From an uncultured Candidatus Saccharibacteria bacterium (GTDB taxonomy: Bacteria > Patescibacteriota > Minisyncoccia > Phycocordibacterales > UBA9973), in the NCBI GenBank assembly GCA_964533145.1, contig CAZHLG010000002.1, positions 1 through 46,805 of the forward strand: a stretch of 46,805 nucleotides of DNA, read 5' to 3'. Of this stretch, positions 9,501 through 19,125 are shown in pieces; within the stretch, counting starts at the first letter, position 1; the number at the start of each line of letters is the position of its first letter. Both the position numbers and the translations under genes were made by a program. The notes under the pieces were generated by a model. That model searched no databases. It had not been told where the DNA came from and was given only the letters and a program-made list of their open reading frames with translations.

Positions 9501-12370
9501 TTGGCGTATAGTTCGCCCATGTACTTCGAAGCGGTATTCGTAAGGTGGAGGTGGTCGGCGCCGTAGCCAAGCTGGTATTTCGGACCGACAAGGATGACCT
9601 TGCCCGGATTGTTCTTATGCGCGGTGAACTGCGAGACGCCGATGGTTCCGAGCGAATTGGTGTTCATCTGGGACAGGAACAGCGGAATGCTGTCAGACCG
9701 TCCGGTCAAGGCGTTCCAGTCACTCTCGTAATCGCTCTGCAGCTCAGCCATGTCGGCAGCATATGTCGCAGCCGTCGTGCCTGCGATCGCATCCGACTCA
9801 CCGTGCACGATCGTGACGGCATACGGCTGGTAGTATGCGCCGTCTGCCTCGGTCAGCGTCTTAGCGGTCGATGCCTGCGTCTGACCGGTCGTGTAGTAGC
9901 CGCCGGTGCCTCCCTTCTTGATGGACGCGTACGTCTGTCCTCCGCCGGCATGGATGGAGGCGATGATCGGGCGGGCAAGCACGGAGTCGGCAGCACGGAG
10001 GCTGTTCGCCATGCCGGACGCGGGAGATTCGCGCGCGACGAATCCTTCGATGAGCGAAATGAGCGGACCGCTCGTGCCGGCGATAGGGCTGTTTGAAAGG
10101 CTGAGGTTGTTGTACGGCTGCGTCGTCGAAAGCGCAGGGTCCGAGTTGACGCCTTCGGCGAGACTCTGACCCGTCGAGAGGATATGCAGGTATGTAGCAC
10201 CGCCGACGCCGACGGTGATCGCGCTCGAATACGAGCTTGTCCCGACGCCGTTCACGGCAGCGACGCGGAAATTGTAGCCGGTGCCGTTCGTCAGGCCGGT
10301 CACGGTCGCCGCAGCCGTGGTGCTCGTGCCGTCAGAGAACGTGGTATAGGAAGTCGCCGTGAGCGTTTTGTATTGGATCACATAGTCAGTGAGCGCCGAT
10401 CCCCCGTTGGCAGGAGCCGCCCACGTGAGCGACACTTGGCCGCTCGAAGCGGTGCCGGAGAGCGCAGTCGGAGCATTCGGAGCGGTCGGCGTGCTCGACG
10501 GCGTCCGCGAGATCGTGCTCGACGGCGTACCGGCGCCGGCATAGCTCACGCCGGACACCCGAAAATCATACGCCGAGCCGTTGGCAAGACCCGTGACGGT
10601 CATCGTAGTGCCTGTCGCAGCCGTGTGCGGGAACGCGGTCCATGTCGAATCGGCAGAAAGCTTGTACTCAACCAGGTAATCCGTAAGCGAGTAGTCTCCC
10701 TCCAAAAGCGGCGCAGACCACGAAAGCGCGACCTGCGCATATCCGACCGTGCCGGACAGGCTTGTCGGCTGGCCAGGAGCGGCGAGCGTCGTAAACGTCG
10801 AATCCGATCCGCAGCCGGTGCCGGCAGTGTTCACTGCGCACATGCGATAGTGGTACGTAGTCCCCTGCGCGAGGCCGACAGCGCGAGACGTGAAGCTGCC
10901 CGTCGCGAACGAGCCACTCTCGGTCGTGCTCGATCCATAGCTCGTCGTCAGGCCGTACTCGACGTAGCGAGAGGTCGGATCCTCACCGCCAGTGCTTGAG
11001 ATCGTGCCGGAAAGCGTGACCGCGCCGTACGAATAGCGGGTCGCCGTGCCCGTGCTGACCGTCGGCGCGACCGGACAGGTGCTCGTAGTGAACGAAGTGT
11101 CCGAACCGTAGCCGGTACCGGCGGTGTTCGTCGCATACGCACGGTAATGATAGCCGGTGTTGCACGTAAGACCCGTGACATTGATGGCGAACGGCGTCGC
11201 AGCGAAGCTGCCGGTCGCGAAGATCGTCTGGCCGTAGCTCACAGACGTGCCATACTCGAAACCGCGAGTGGTCGGCGTCGCGTTGCCTGTCGAACTGATC
11301 GTACCGTTAAGCGTGACGGTCGTCGTGGTGATCGAACTTGCGCTCTGCGTCGTGACTGTCGGAGCGACTGCCGGCGGCGTGCCCGACGTCCAGATGCCCG
11401 TGTTGGTGCCGCCGACGACCATGTATGCGCCGTCGCTCGACATGGCAGCCTTGCGCCAGGTAGCCGTGCCCGGAGCAGATTCGGTCGACCAGCTCACGCC
11501 GGAGTTGGTCGAGGTGCGGACGATGGCCGTCGAGACAGCGAGGAGCTTCGAACCGTCACTCGACATCGCGACCGACTGCCACAAGCCGGCGCCGCCAGTG
11601 CCCGCATCGGCTTGGTCGGTCCACGTCGAACCGCTGTTCGAAGATGTGGAAAGCGGGCCGCCGAAGGAAAGCGTCGAGGCAAGTTTTGAGCCATCGCTCG
11701 ATGACGCGACACTCGTATAGAAGCCGGAGGTAGAGCCGGTAAGCGCGCCCCAGTTCGCACCCGTGTCGGTCGAACGATAGATGTAATCGCCGAACATGCC
11801 GACAATGATCTTTGAACAGTCGCTCGAACAGGCGATCGCGTTCGGAGTGGTACTGCCGAGGCCGGACGGATTGCTCCAGGTCGAGCCGCTGTCGGTGGAT
11901 TTCCAGAAACCGACCTTGCCGCCGCCGTTCGCGATGGCAACCATCGTCGTGCCGTCGTCGGACATATCGACGCCGGTCCACTGACCGGTGCCGATGGTCG
12001 CGGCCGTCGCCCACGTAGTGCCTGAGTTTCCCGAATACCACAGCCAGCCATCGAGCTCGCTCACGAGCATTTTGGTACCGTCAGAAGAAATAGCCGCATG
12101 CTTCCATCGGCGCACCCCAGCACCCGTCAGCGCATTCCAAGTAGCGCCTGCATCCGGGGAAAGATACATGCTGGCAGACGTGTCGGTGTTGTCGACGGCG
12201 AGGATCTTTCCGCAGTCGCTCGAACAAGCGATGCCGTACCAGGTGCGCGTTCCGGACGTCGCACTGCGATCTGTCCATGTCGCAGCCGATACGAAAAAGA
12301 TGACCGCGAGGGTCGCCGAAAGAGCAGCTACTGCTCCGACAAGCGGTTTCTTGATCCGTGACCACGGCAT
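6596..12370 (-). CDS. Giant (1924 aa) cell-surface protein: N-terminal anchor/signal, BNR/Asp-box propeller, 2 Fn3-like FEYG domains, 2 Fn3, SGNH/SASA-like esterase domain, 7 Fn3, peptidoglycan-binding-like C-terminus
   Basis: Hydrophobic N-terminus KKPLVGAVAALSATLAVIFFV. Six Asp-box motifs (SPDAGATW, SGNSGTTW, STDSGSTW, STDTGANW, SSNSGSTW, STNSGVSW). Nine Fn3 modules of about 95 aa (xLSWxAPxxDGGSxITDYxIEYK...FRVxAVN). Central HILSTGQSLAEG / IVHGESDA / GADHLHL resembles the GQSN / QGE / DxxH motifs of sialate O-acetylesterase-type SGNH hydrolases. C-terminal VKQWQAFYNQELGTKLPVTGYFGPLTMAATRQFQ resembles PG_binding_1. Confidence 0.9.
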   Translation of the reverse strand: MPWSRIKKPLVGAVAALSATLAVIFFVSAATWTDRSATSGTRTWYGIACSSDCGKILAVDNTDTSASMYLSPDAGATWNALTGAGVRRWKHAAISSDGTKMLVSELDGWLWYSGNSGTTWATAATIGTGQWTGVDMSDDGTTMVAIANGGGKVGFWKSTDSGSTWSNPSGLGSTTPNAIACSSDCSKIIVGMFGDYIYRSTDTGANWGALTGSTSGFYTSVASSSDGSKLASTLSFGGPLSTSSNSGSTWTDQADAGTGGAGLWQSVAMSSDGSKLLAVSTAIVRTSTNSGVSWSTESAPGTATWRKAAMSSDGAYMVVGGTNTGIWTSGTPPAVAPTVTTQSASSITTTTVTLNGTISSTGNATPTTRGFEYGTSVSYGQTIFATGSFAATPFAINVTGLTCNTGYHYRAYATNTAGTGYGSDTSFTTSTCPVAPTVSTGTATRYSYGAVTLSGTISSTGGEDPTSRYVEYGLTTSYGSSTTESGSFATGSFTSRAVGLAQGTTYHYRMCAVNTAGTGCGSDSTFTTLAAPGQPTSLSGTVGYAQVALSWSAPLLEGDYSLTDYLVEYKLSADSTWTAFPHTAATGTTMTVTGLANGSAYDFRVSGVSYAGAGTPSSTISRTPSSTPTAPNAPTALSGTASSGQVSLTWAAPANGGSALTDYVIQYKTLTATSYTTFSDGTSTTAAATVTGLTNGTGYNFRVAAVNGVGTSSYSSAITVGVGGATYLHILSTGQSLAEGVNSDPALSTTQPYNNLSLSNSPIAGTSGPLISLIEGFVARESPASGMANSLRAADSVLARPIIASIHAGGGQTYASIKKGGTGGYYTTGQTQASTAKTLTEADGAYYQPYAVTIVHGESDAIAGTTAATYAADMAELQSDYESDWNALTGRSDSIPLFLSQMNTNSLGTIGVSQFTAHKNNPGKVILVGPKYQLGYGADHLHLTNTASKYMGELYAKVMKKVLLDGATWDPLMPVSVTRSGTTVLVDYHIPYGTLAVDTTNVASHTNKGFEFTQTGGSAISITSVNLTDSNKKVAITLSGVPDGTDPRIRYAWTCSYHPDDAAYAACGDPTDSTAVGGNIRDTDTSTSPSSDGTGIALYDWSVSFDEEITETTYPNAPTSLAVTPASTQATLVWLEPEVDGGDSLSDYIVEYKTGTATSWTTFSDGTSTATSATVTGLSNGTLYAFRVSAVNSVGRSNPSAVAYSTPGGAPNAPTSLSATGGNAQASLSWTAPSDGGSPITDYVIEYKLSTDSTWTTFSDGTSTSTNAIVTGLSNNTAYNFRVYAVNASGTSSASSTANATTSGVPDAPTSLAAVSGNMQITLSWTAPAANGSAITDYVIQYQVAPATYFTIYSDGISVATSATITGLTNGVEYTFIVYAVNDIGTSSGSSSTTGTPATTPDEPISLSVTPGNTQVVLTWLGPLSDGGDAITDYVVEYKTSVATSWSTFSDGTSTATGATVTSLSNGTAYDFRVSAVNGVGTGTVSSTESATPRTTPGAPTSLGTTAGDSQVALAWTAPVSNGGSAITDYVIEYKLHADSSWTTFSDGTSTSTSATVTGLTNGSSYDFRVYAVNGAGTSTASSPATDTPLAVPSAPTGLSATAGNGQVGLSWGAPVSDGGDAITDYIVEYKLSTDSSWTTFSDGTSTSTSTTVTGLSNGSSYNFRVSAVNGVGTGSASSTATATPSTTPGTPSGLAATAGDEQVTLSWTAASSGGSAITDYLIEYKLSADSVWTTFADGTSAAVSAVVTGLTNDSSYDFRVTAVNINGSGSASSTATATPVDAPAPAPTTTTRRTSVNYILALQAAQQQAAAKPSQSGGQPGTTYVSPVDQSVKKCPAFVSNFVSAAKSNNIDEVKQWQAFYNQELGTKLPVTGYFGPLTMAATRQFQTKYKAEVLTPGGLKNATGTIYGYTRAKANAILGCAN
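7031..9031 (-). repeat. Seven tandem, diverged Fn3-coding repeats (about 279-288 bp each) inside the giant surface-protein gene
   Basis: Module lengths are 96, 95, 95, 96, 96, 96 and 93 aa, counted from the translation. The periodicity also shows as four consecutive 89-94-aa antisense ORFs (7788, 8076, 8364, 8649 +). Confidence 0.85.
10199..10780 (-). repeat. Two further tandem Fn3-coding repeats upstream of the esterase-like domain
   Basis: Modules APGQPTSLSG...SRTPSS (96 aa) and TPTAPNAPTA...TVGVGG (98 aa), with the same consensus as the 7031-9031 array. Confidence 0.8.
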
Positions 12371-12451
12371 ATCTGAGTACTATAGTACGCGAAGCCCTCA
12401 ACGATGTCTACTTGACCGCAGTGGATTTCCGCGGCTGAAGCACAATACATG

Positions 12452-12525
12452 TCCGCCCGCCTGGACTCGAACCAGGGACCCTCGAGGTATAAGCTCGATG
12501 CTACTACCAACTGAGCTACGGGCGG
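12452..12525 (-). tRNA. tRNA-Ile, anticodon UAU (reads AUA); no encoded CCA
   Basis: Hand-folded 74-nt cloverleaf: acceptor CCGCCCG/CGGGCGG, TA, D-arm GCTC-AGTTGGTAG-TAGC, A26, anticodon stem TCGAG/CTCGA with loop CTTATAC (U33, anticodon TAT, A37), variable GGGTC, T-arm CCTGG-TTCGAGT-CCAGG, discriminator A. Confidence 0.85.
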
Positions 12526-12545
12526 CTACGGATACACTATAGCAT

Positions 12546-14501
<1,956 letters not shown>

Positions 14502-14576
14502 ATATATGTATGTGACGCGCCGCGCCGCTTATAAGTGACGAGCTTGGCACGGGTGCGTCCCGACAGTATAGCAAAC

Positions 14577-15101
14577 CTACGCTGCCCGCCGATACAACAC
14601 GCCGGAAAGAGCAAACAGTCCGGCAAAGAATGCGCTTGTCGCAAAGACACGGATGCTGTTCGGGCCGAGCTCGATCAGTCCGGCAGCGAACGCAACGGGC
14701 GGCGCAAGCAGGACACAGGCGCTCGCGACAAATGCCGCGAGCGCCATTCCTCTCGGAGAGAAACGTGCAAGCAGCGTGCCGCCGATGCCGATGACGGTCG
14801 GAATGAAATACAGCACGTTGGCCGGATTGTCCTCGCCGCCGATCCACCCGCCGACGACCGTCCCCCATGCGAGCATGAGGCACGAGAGCACGGCGATACT
14901 GGTGGCGACGCGATACGCGCGGCTTTTCCCTTTCGAGGCAACAAACTCATACACGAGCCCGATCGCGAAAAGGATCATGCCGACACGCAGAAAACCGCCG
15001 GCCGGCCAGTTGAAGCCGGGCACGAATAATTGCGCGACGACCGCGGCGAGCACTATGCAGGCCACTACGAGAGCGATGCGGATGATGTTTTTCTGTTGCA
15101 T
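14577..15101 (-). CDS. Polytopic membrane protein, unknown function (third gene of the DUF2975/HTH operon)
   Basis: ORF 14577..15173. Internal ATG at 15101 (MQQKNIIRIALVVACIVLAAV...) is chosen because it follows the stop of the upstream HTH gene (15124). About 5-6 hydrophobic helices. Confidence 0.6.
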   Translation of the reverse strand: MQQKNIIRIALVVACIVLAAVVAQLFVPGFNWPAGGFLRVGMILFAIGLVYEFVASKGKSRAYRVATSIAVLSCLMLAWGTVVGGWIGGEDNPANVLYFIPTVIGIGGTLLARFSPRGMALAAFVASACVLLAPPVAFAAGLIELGPNSIRVFATSAFFAGLFALSGVLYRRAA

Positions 15102-15123
15102 ACGAAAAATGTCTGGGAGATGA

Positions 15124-15336
15124 TCAGCGCACATCGCCGCGGTATTCCAGAATGTCTCCCGGCTGACACTCAAGCGCGGCGCAGATCGCCTCGAGCGTCG
15201 AGAGCCGCACCGCTTTTGCTTTGCCGTTCTTCAGGATGGAGAGATTGGCCATGGTGATGCCGACCCGCTCCGAAAGTTCGGTCACGCTCATTTTGCGCTT
15301 GGCGAGCATCACATCTATGTTGACGATGATGGCCAT
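15124..15336 (-). CDS. Small XRE/Cro-type helix-turn-helix regulator (YozG-like)
   Basis: 70 aa from internal ATG 15336: MAIIVNIDVMLAKRKMSVTELSERVGITMANLSILKNGKAKAVRLSTLEAICAALECQPGDIL. This is the typical partner of DUF2975 membrane proteins. It starts 4 nt after the upstream stop. Confidence 0.8.
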   Translation of the reverse strand: MAIIVNIDVMLAKRKMSVTELSERVGITMANLSILKNGKAKAVRLSTLEAICAALECQPGDILEYRGDVR

Positions 15337-15340
15337 ACGA

Positions 15341-15802
15341 TCAGACAGTAAGTTCGTTCTCCGACTTGATCTCGATGGCCGTACGCACGAGCTTCTGCAA
15401 GACAGCAGCAAAAACGGCGATCACGGCCGACGCCGCCACGATCATGAGCCCGAGCAAGATGACTCCCGGCGCATCGTCGATCTCGGCCGCACGGTGGATG
15501 TACGGCATCCCGGCGGCAAAGAGCGCCGCGATGGCAATGGCGCAGCCCTTGATGTTGCGGAGCGCCCGGACCGACAATTCCGAGAAAGCCGTACCCTTGT
15601 CTATATATATGAGCAGCTTGAACGCCTCTCCGAGAGCGATGAGAAACGGCACGACTCCGAGCGCAATGAGCAGCACGACCGGATAATACGGACCGGCAGC
15701 AGCAGGCCGGATGCTTGCGAGCATATATATGACAATGCCGAGCGAGCCAAGACCGATAAAAGCCACGGTGCTTTTGAGGAACAATGTTGATCCTGATTTC
15801 AT
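15341..15802 (-). CDS. DUF2975-like four-TM membrane protein
   Basis: 153 aa, four hydrophobic helices, directly upstream of a YozG-like HTH gene (a conserved gene pair). Confidence 0.7.
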   Translation of the reverse strand: MKSGSTLFLKSTVAFIGLGSLGIVIYMLASIRPAAAGPYYPVVLLIALGVVPFLIALGEAFKLLIYIDKGTAFSELSVRALRNIKGCAIAIAALFAAGMPYIHRAAEIDDAPGVILLGLMIVAASAVIAVFAAVLQKLVRTAIEIKSENELTV

Positions 15803-15935
15803 AATTTCAGCCTAGCACATGATTTATCGTAAATCAATAAATTTGTATTGTTTTATGTAAAAAATACAGAAGAACCTGCAAAGGCTGCTTGAAAAGGATA
15901 CAGAAAAATACCTTGATAAATAAGGTTAAAAAGTG

Positions 15936-16331
15936 TGGTGGAGATGGAGGGTAGCGAACCCTCGTGCAATGGGCGGCCCGATGCGGATCTACGTGCGTAG
16001 TCTGTTTCGGTTTTTTGAGAGCGTGCGCTTTGAAAGCGACAAAACGCGCATGCTCCGAGCCTCGAAGTTTCGGGTCGAGCCTGAGGCGAGACTCTTCCCT
16101 ATCCTGAAACTATTATGCCCCTCGCCGCGTATCAGGAATCGGCGGGAGAGACATCGCGATGGCCTGTTTTGTTAGGCGAGCGCGAAGGCGAAATCTTTTG
16201 CCGTGAAGTACGGCGATTCCGTCTTTCCAGTTGCGTTTGCAATTGGGAGGTTGGAACGGCGATTAACGAGATGCGTTCCCTGCTCGGCGCGCGCGAACCG
16301 TGCGTGCCCAGTGTCTATTCATTTCATCCCC
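15936..16331 (-). ncRNA. ssrA: tmRNA (ssrA), 396 nt, encoded CCA; tag ORF 16240->16175 with stop TAA at 16174-16172
   Basis: The 5' GGGGATG pairs with the 3' CATCTCC-A-CCA, including the G3:U wobble used for alanine charging. T-arm GAGGG-TTCGCTA-CCCTC. Resume codon GCA, followed by ANATGKTESPYFTAKDFAFALA-stop. It lies 50 nt downstream of smpB on the same strand. Confidence 0.85.
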
Positions 16332-16381
16332 AGTATTCTGCTGTCAAAGCGGCGGGCGCGCAGGCATTCGCTGCGCGCCTC

Positions 16382-16825
16382 CTAGCGTTTTGCCAGGCGG
16401 CGGAGATCGCGGTCGGTCTCGCGCTTCTTAATCGTCTCGCGCTTGTCGAATTTCTTCTTGCCGCGGGCGACGGCGAACCGGACCTTGATCTTGCCGCCTT
16501 TATTATACAACGCAATGGGCACTATAGTCAATCCTTTGGTCGAATCGGCGTCCATGAGCTCGCGGATCTCCTTTTTTGTGACGAGAAGCCGGCGGGTGCG
16601 CAGCGGATCGTGGTCGGGCGGGATATTGCCCGGCTGGTACGGATCGATGCGCAGGCCGGTGATGAAGACCTCCCCGCCCCGGGCAATGACGTACGAACCC
16701 GTAAGGGATCCGTGGCCGGCGCGGACGGATTTGACCTCGTGTCCGAGGAGTTCGATGCCGGCCTCGTACTCCTCGCGGAGTTCATAGTCGAATCGGGCTT
16801 TGGGATTGTCCAGATAATTGCTCAT
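16382..16825 (-). CDS. smpB: SsrA-binding protein SmpB
   Basis: 147 aa; NPKARFDYELREEYEAGIELLGHEVKSVR...ARGKKKFDKRETIKKRE is typical of SmpB. Confidence 0.95.
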   Translation of the reverse strand: MSNYLDNPKARFDYELREEYEAGIELLGHEVKSVRAGHGSLTGSYVIARGGEVFITGLRIDPYQPGNIPPDHDPLRTRRLLVTKKEIRELMDADSTKGLTIVPIALYNKGGKIKVRFAVARGKKKFDKRETIKKRETDRDLRRLAKR

Positions 16826-16979
16826 GGCGCTTGAATGAGTATAGGGTATTTCTCCGGATTACGGAACAGGAGCCGTATGTCATACCGCCAGCCGCGAAAC
16901 GTTATGAATGCATGAGAATACCGAAACGTATTCATATGGTCGCACTCTAATCCGCGAAGCTCGCGCTTCGCCAAACACT

Positions 16980-17378
16980 ATGACAAAAACACTTGCACGC
17001 GCAGCGGGAGCCATCCTGCTCCTGGCCGGGATCGCCGGTTTCATTCCCAACGGGTTCATGAGCGACAGCGGGTACTTCTACGCAAACGCGGGTATCGGCA
17101 TATTCAGCATTGCGGCCGGCCTGATCCTGCTCGCCGTATCATCCGATGAGCACGGGGCAGCGCTCTGGCTCAAAATCCTAGGCGCCGCCTATTTCCTGGC
17201 TGCACTGGTCGGATTCGGTGTCATGACCGGAGCCGGCACCGCCACTGTTCTCGGGTTCATGGGCATGAACATAGCTGCGGCCTGGCTATATCTCGCATTT
17301 GGCACGGTCATGTTCCTGTCCGGATTCGCCGAAGACCGGGACCTGCCGCCATTTGACGCGCGGCCCAAAATGCGATAG
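16980..17378 (+). CDS. Small four-TM membrane protein (DUF4383-like topology)
   Basis: ORF 16908..17378; the internal ATG at 16980 (MTKTLARAAGAILLLAGIAGFIPNGF...) removes a non-hydrophobic leader. Family assignment is tentative. Confidence 0.5.
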   Translation: MTKTLARAAGAILLLAGIAGFIPNGFMSDSGYFYANAGIGIFSIAAGLILLAVSSDEHGAALWLKILGAAYFLAALVGFGVMTGAGTATVLGFMGMNIAAAWLYLAFGTVMFLSGFAEDRDLPPFDARPKMR

Positions 17379-17420
17379 TATAAGCCTCGTACAGCTCCGC
17401 CCCGGCGGGGCCGAAAGCCA

Positions 17421-17933
17421 TTGAAAGCACGAGTACGAACCAACCTATATATCCGCGCAAGCGAGCTTCGCGTCCTTGACGAAGAGGGCAAAAACCTCGG
17501 CGTCATGCCGCTCAAAGAAGCTCTCTCCCTTGCCCAGTCCCAGAACCTCGACCTTATCGAGATTGGTCCCAACGCCGTACCCCCGATCGCAAAGATCATG
17601 GAGTTCGGCAAGTACCAGTATCTTGAGAGCAAAAAGGAAAAAAAGATGAAGCAGGGCGCCAAGCGCACCGAGACGAAGTCCATTCAGATCAAAGTCGCCA
17701 CCGGCGAGCATGACCTGGAACTCAAGGCCAAACAGGCCTCGAAATGGCTCGCCGAGGGGCATCGGATCAAGGTCGAACTCTATCTTTCCGGGCGAACGAA
17801 GTACCAGGCAGAGCAGTTCCTCAAGGAGCGCCTCGACCGTGTCCTTCACTTTATCACCGAACCGTTCAAGATCGCCGAAGAGCCGAAGCGCGGCCCGAAA
17901 GGACTCGCGCTCGTGATCGAAAAGGCGAAGTAA
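17421..17933 (+). CDS. infC: Translation initiation factor IF-3
   Basis: 170 aa; IRASELRVLDEEGKNLGVMPLKEALSLAQSQNLDLIEI...KEKKMKQ linker and C-domain. Non-ATG (TTG) start, consistent with IF-3 autoregulation. Confidence 0.95.
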   Translation: MKARVRTNLYIRASELRVLDEEGKNLGVMPLKEALSLAQSQNLDLIEIGPNAVPPIAKIMEFGKYQYLESKKEKKMKQGAKRTETKSIQIKVATGEHDLELKAKQASKWLAEGHRIKVELYLSGRTKYQAEQFLKERLDRVLHFITEPFKIAEEPKRGPKGLALVIEKAK

Positions 17934-17938
17934 GCAAG

Positions 17939-18124
17939 ATGAAAACGAAGAAATCAGTCACGAAGCGCCTCAAGATCACCAAGAATGGCAAGATGAAGGC
18001 CCGCACCCCGGGATTCAACCACTTCAACGCCAAGCAGTCTCGCAAGAAGCAGCTTGCCGGCAAGGTCTCCCAGGACTTCTCCATGAGCAACAAGGACAAG
18101 AGCCGCGTCCTCCCCTACAACTAA
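17939..18124 (+). CDS. rpmI: 50S ribosomal protein L35
   Basis: 61 aa, MKTKKSVTKRLKITKNGKMKARTPGFNHF...; internal ATG of ORF 17744..18124, 5 nt after the infC stop. Confidence 0.95.
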   Translation: MKTKKSVTKRLKITKNGKMKARTPGFNHFNAKQSRKKQLAGKVSQDFSMSNKDKSRVLPYN

Positions 18125-18142
18125 CGGCTCACCGAAACCACT

Positions 18143-18487
18143 ATGTCACGCGTAAAACGAGGTACAATCAAGAATAAGCGCCGCCGCAACATCCTCAAGG
18201 CGGCCAAGGGCTACCGCTTCGGCCGCAGCACCAAGAAGCCGATGGCAAAGGATGCGCTCCGCCACGCCGGCAAGCACGCCTTCGCGCACCGCAAGCAGAA
18301 GAAGCGCACGAACCGCGGCCTCTGGCAGACCAAGATCTCCGCTGTCGCCAAGGCAAACGGCACGTCCTTCTCGAAGCTCATGGGTTCGGCAAAGGAAAAA
18401 GGCATCGTTCTCGACCGCAAGGTCCTCGCCTACCTCGCCGAGCACAAGCCTGAGACGATGGATCGTCTCATGAAGACGCTCGCGTAA
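18143..18487 (+). CDS. rplT: 50S ribosomal protein L20
   Basis: 114 aa, MSRVKRGTIKNKRRRNILKAAKGYRFGRS... Confidence 0.95.
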   Translation: MSRVKRGTIKNKRRRNILKAAKGYRFGRSTKKPMAKDALRHAGKHAFAHRKQKKRTNRGLWQTKISAVAKANGTSFSKLMGSAKEKGIVLDRKVLAYLAEHKPETMDRLMKTLA

Positions 18488-18501
18488 AATACCCGCAAAC
18501 G

Positions 18502-18530
18502 AAACGCCGCCCGTCAGGGCGGCGTTTCTT
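18502..18530. terminator. Bidirectional intrinsic terminator between convergent rplT and the 18529-19125 gene
   Basis: Stem AAACGCCGCCC (18502-18512), loop GTCA, stem GGGCGGCGTTT (18517-18527), then a T-rich tail. Confidence 0.7.
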
Positions 18531-19125
18531 ATTGGCCGAAAGATCTCCGGCGCAGCGTCTCTGATATATTCGCGACAAGCAGGTCGGGGTCGTCTGAGAT
18601 ACGTACGCGGCCGCGCAGCTCCGGACGGGCCGCATGCAGGCGTTCTGAGAGCGGCACGGCGGGCTCCCGCGTAAGAATGCCGAGCACGCAATCCGCTTGT
18701 TCCGCCTGGGAAAGGATGTGATCGAGCGCAGCATGCTCCGAGCCGAGAATGACGGCCGCGGCGGCCGAGCGCATGGCCATGGCGTCCGCGCCCGTTCCGC
18801 CGCGGCCCGTGTAGACAGTCGACGCAGGAAGATGCGGCAAGCGAAAGCCCTCCGCATGCTCGCGAGCCGTCGCAGCCGGAGAGAGCACGAGCGCGCAAGC
18901 GCGGTCCGAGCCCGCAAGCACCGAAACGGCTTCAGCGACGAGCGGCGAGCCCTGCCGCGCGACAATCTGCATGCCGGACCGAGCGATGGCATTGGCGAGG
19001 ACACGAACGTCTTTATACAGCGAAGCGTCCGCAAAATGCGCGCCGCCCGGATACGCGTCGTAGAGAGCTATGAGAACCGGCTGGCGCTGTGTCATATGTG
19101 TCAACAGTATATCATTCGCACTCAA
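18529..19125 (-). CDS. Hypothetical Rossmann-like protein (weak LOG/DprA/TIGR00725-like resemblance)
   Basis: 198-aa ORF. The alternative start ATG 19095 (MTQRQPVLIAL...) would avoid the 14-nt overlap with the upstream gene. Family call is weak (GSPLVAEAVSVLAG..., TGRGGTGADAM). Confidence 0.45.
   Translation of the reverse strand: MSANDILLTHMTQRQPVLIALYDAYPGGAHFADASLYKDVRVLANAIARSGMQIVARQGSPLVAEAVSVLAGSDRACALVLSPAATAREHAEGFRLPHLPASTVYTGRGGTGADAMAMRSAAAAVILGSEHAALDHILSQAEQADCVLGILTREPAVPLSERLHAARPELRGRVRISDDPDLLVANISETLRRRSFGQ

Noticed and set aside
16115-16834. 239-aa plus-strand ORF, and shorter ORFs at 15933-16385
   Set aside because: They overlap the hand-folded tmRNA and run antisense to smpB; the translations have no coding character.
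17380-17420. GCCCC-GGC-GGGGC hairpin upstream of infC as a terminator or regulatory element
   Set aside because: The stem is only 5 bp with a 3-nt loop and no U-tract. That is too weak to call from sequence alone.
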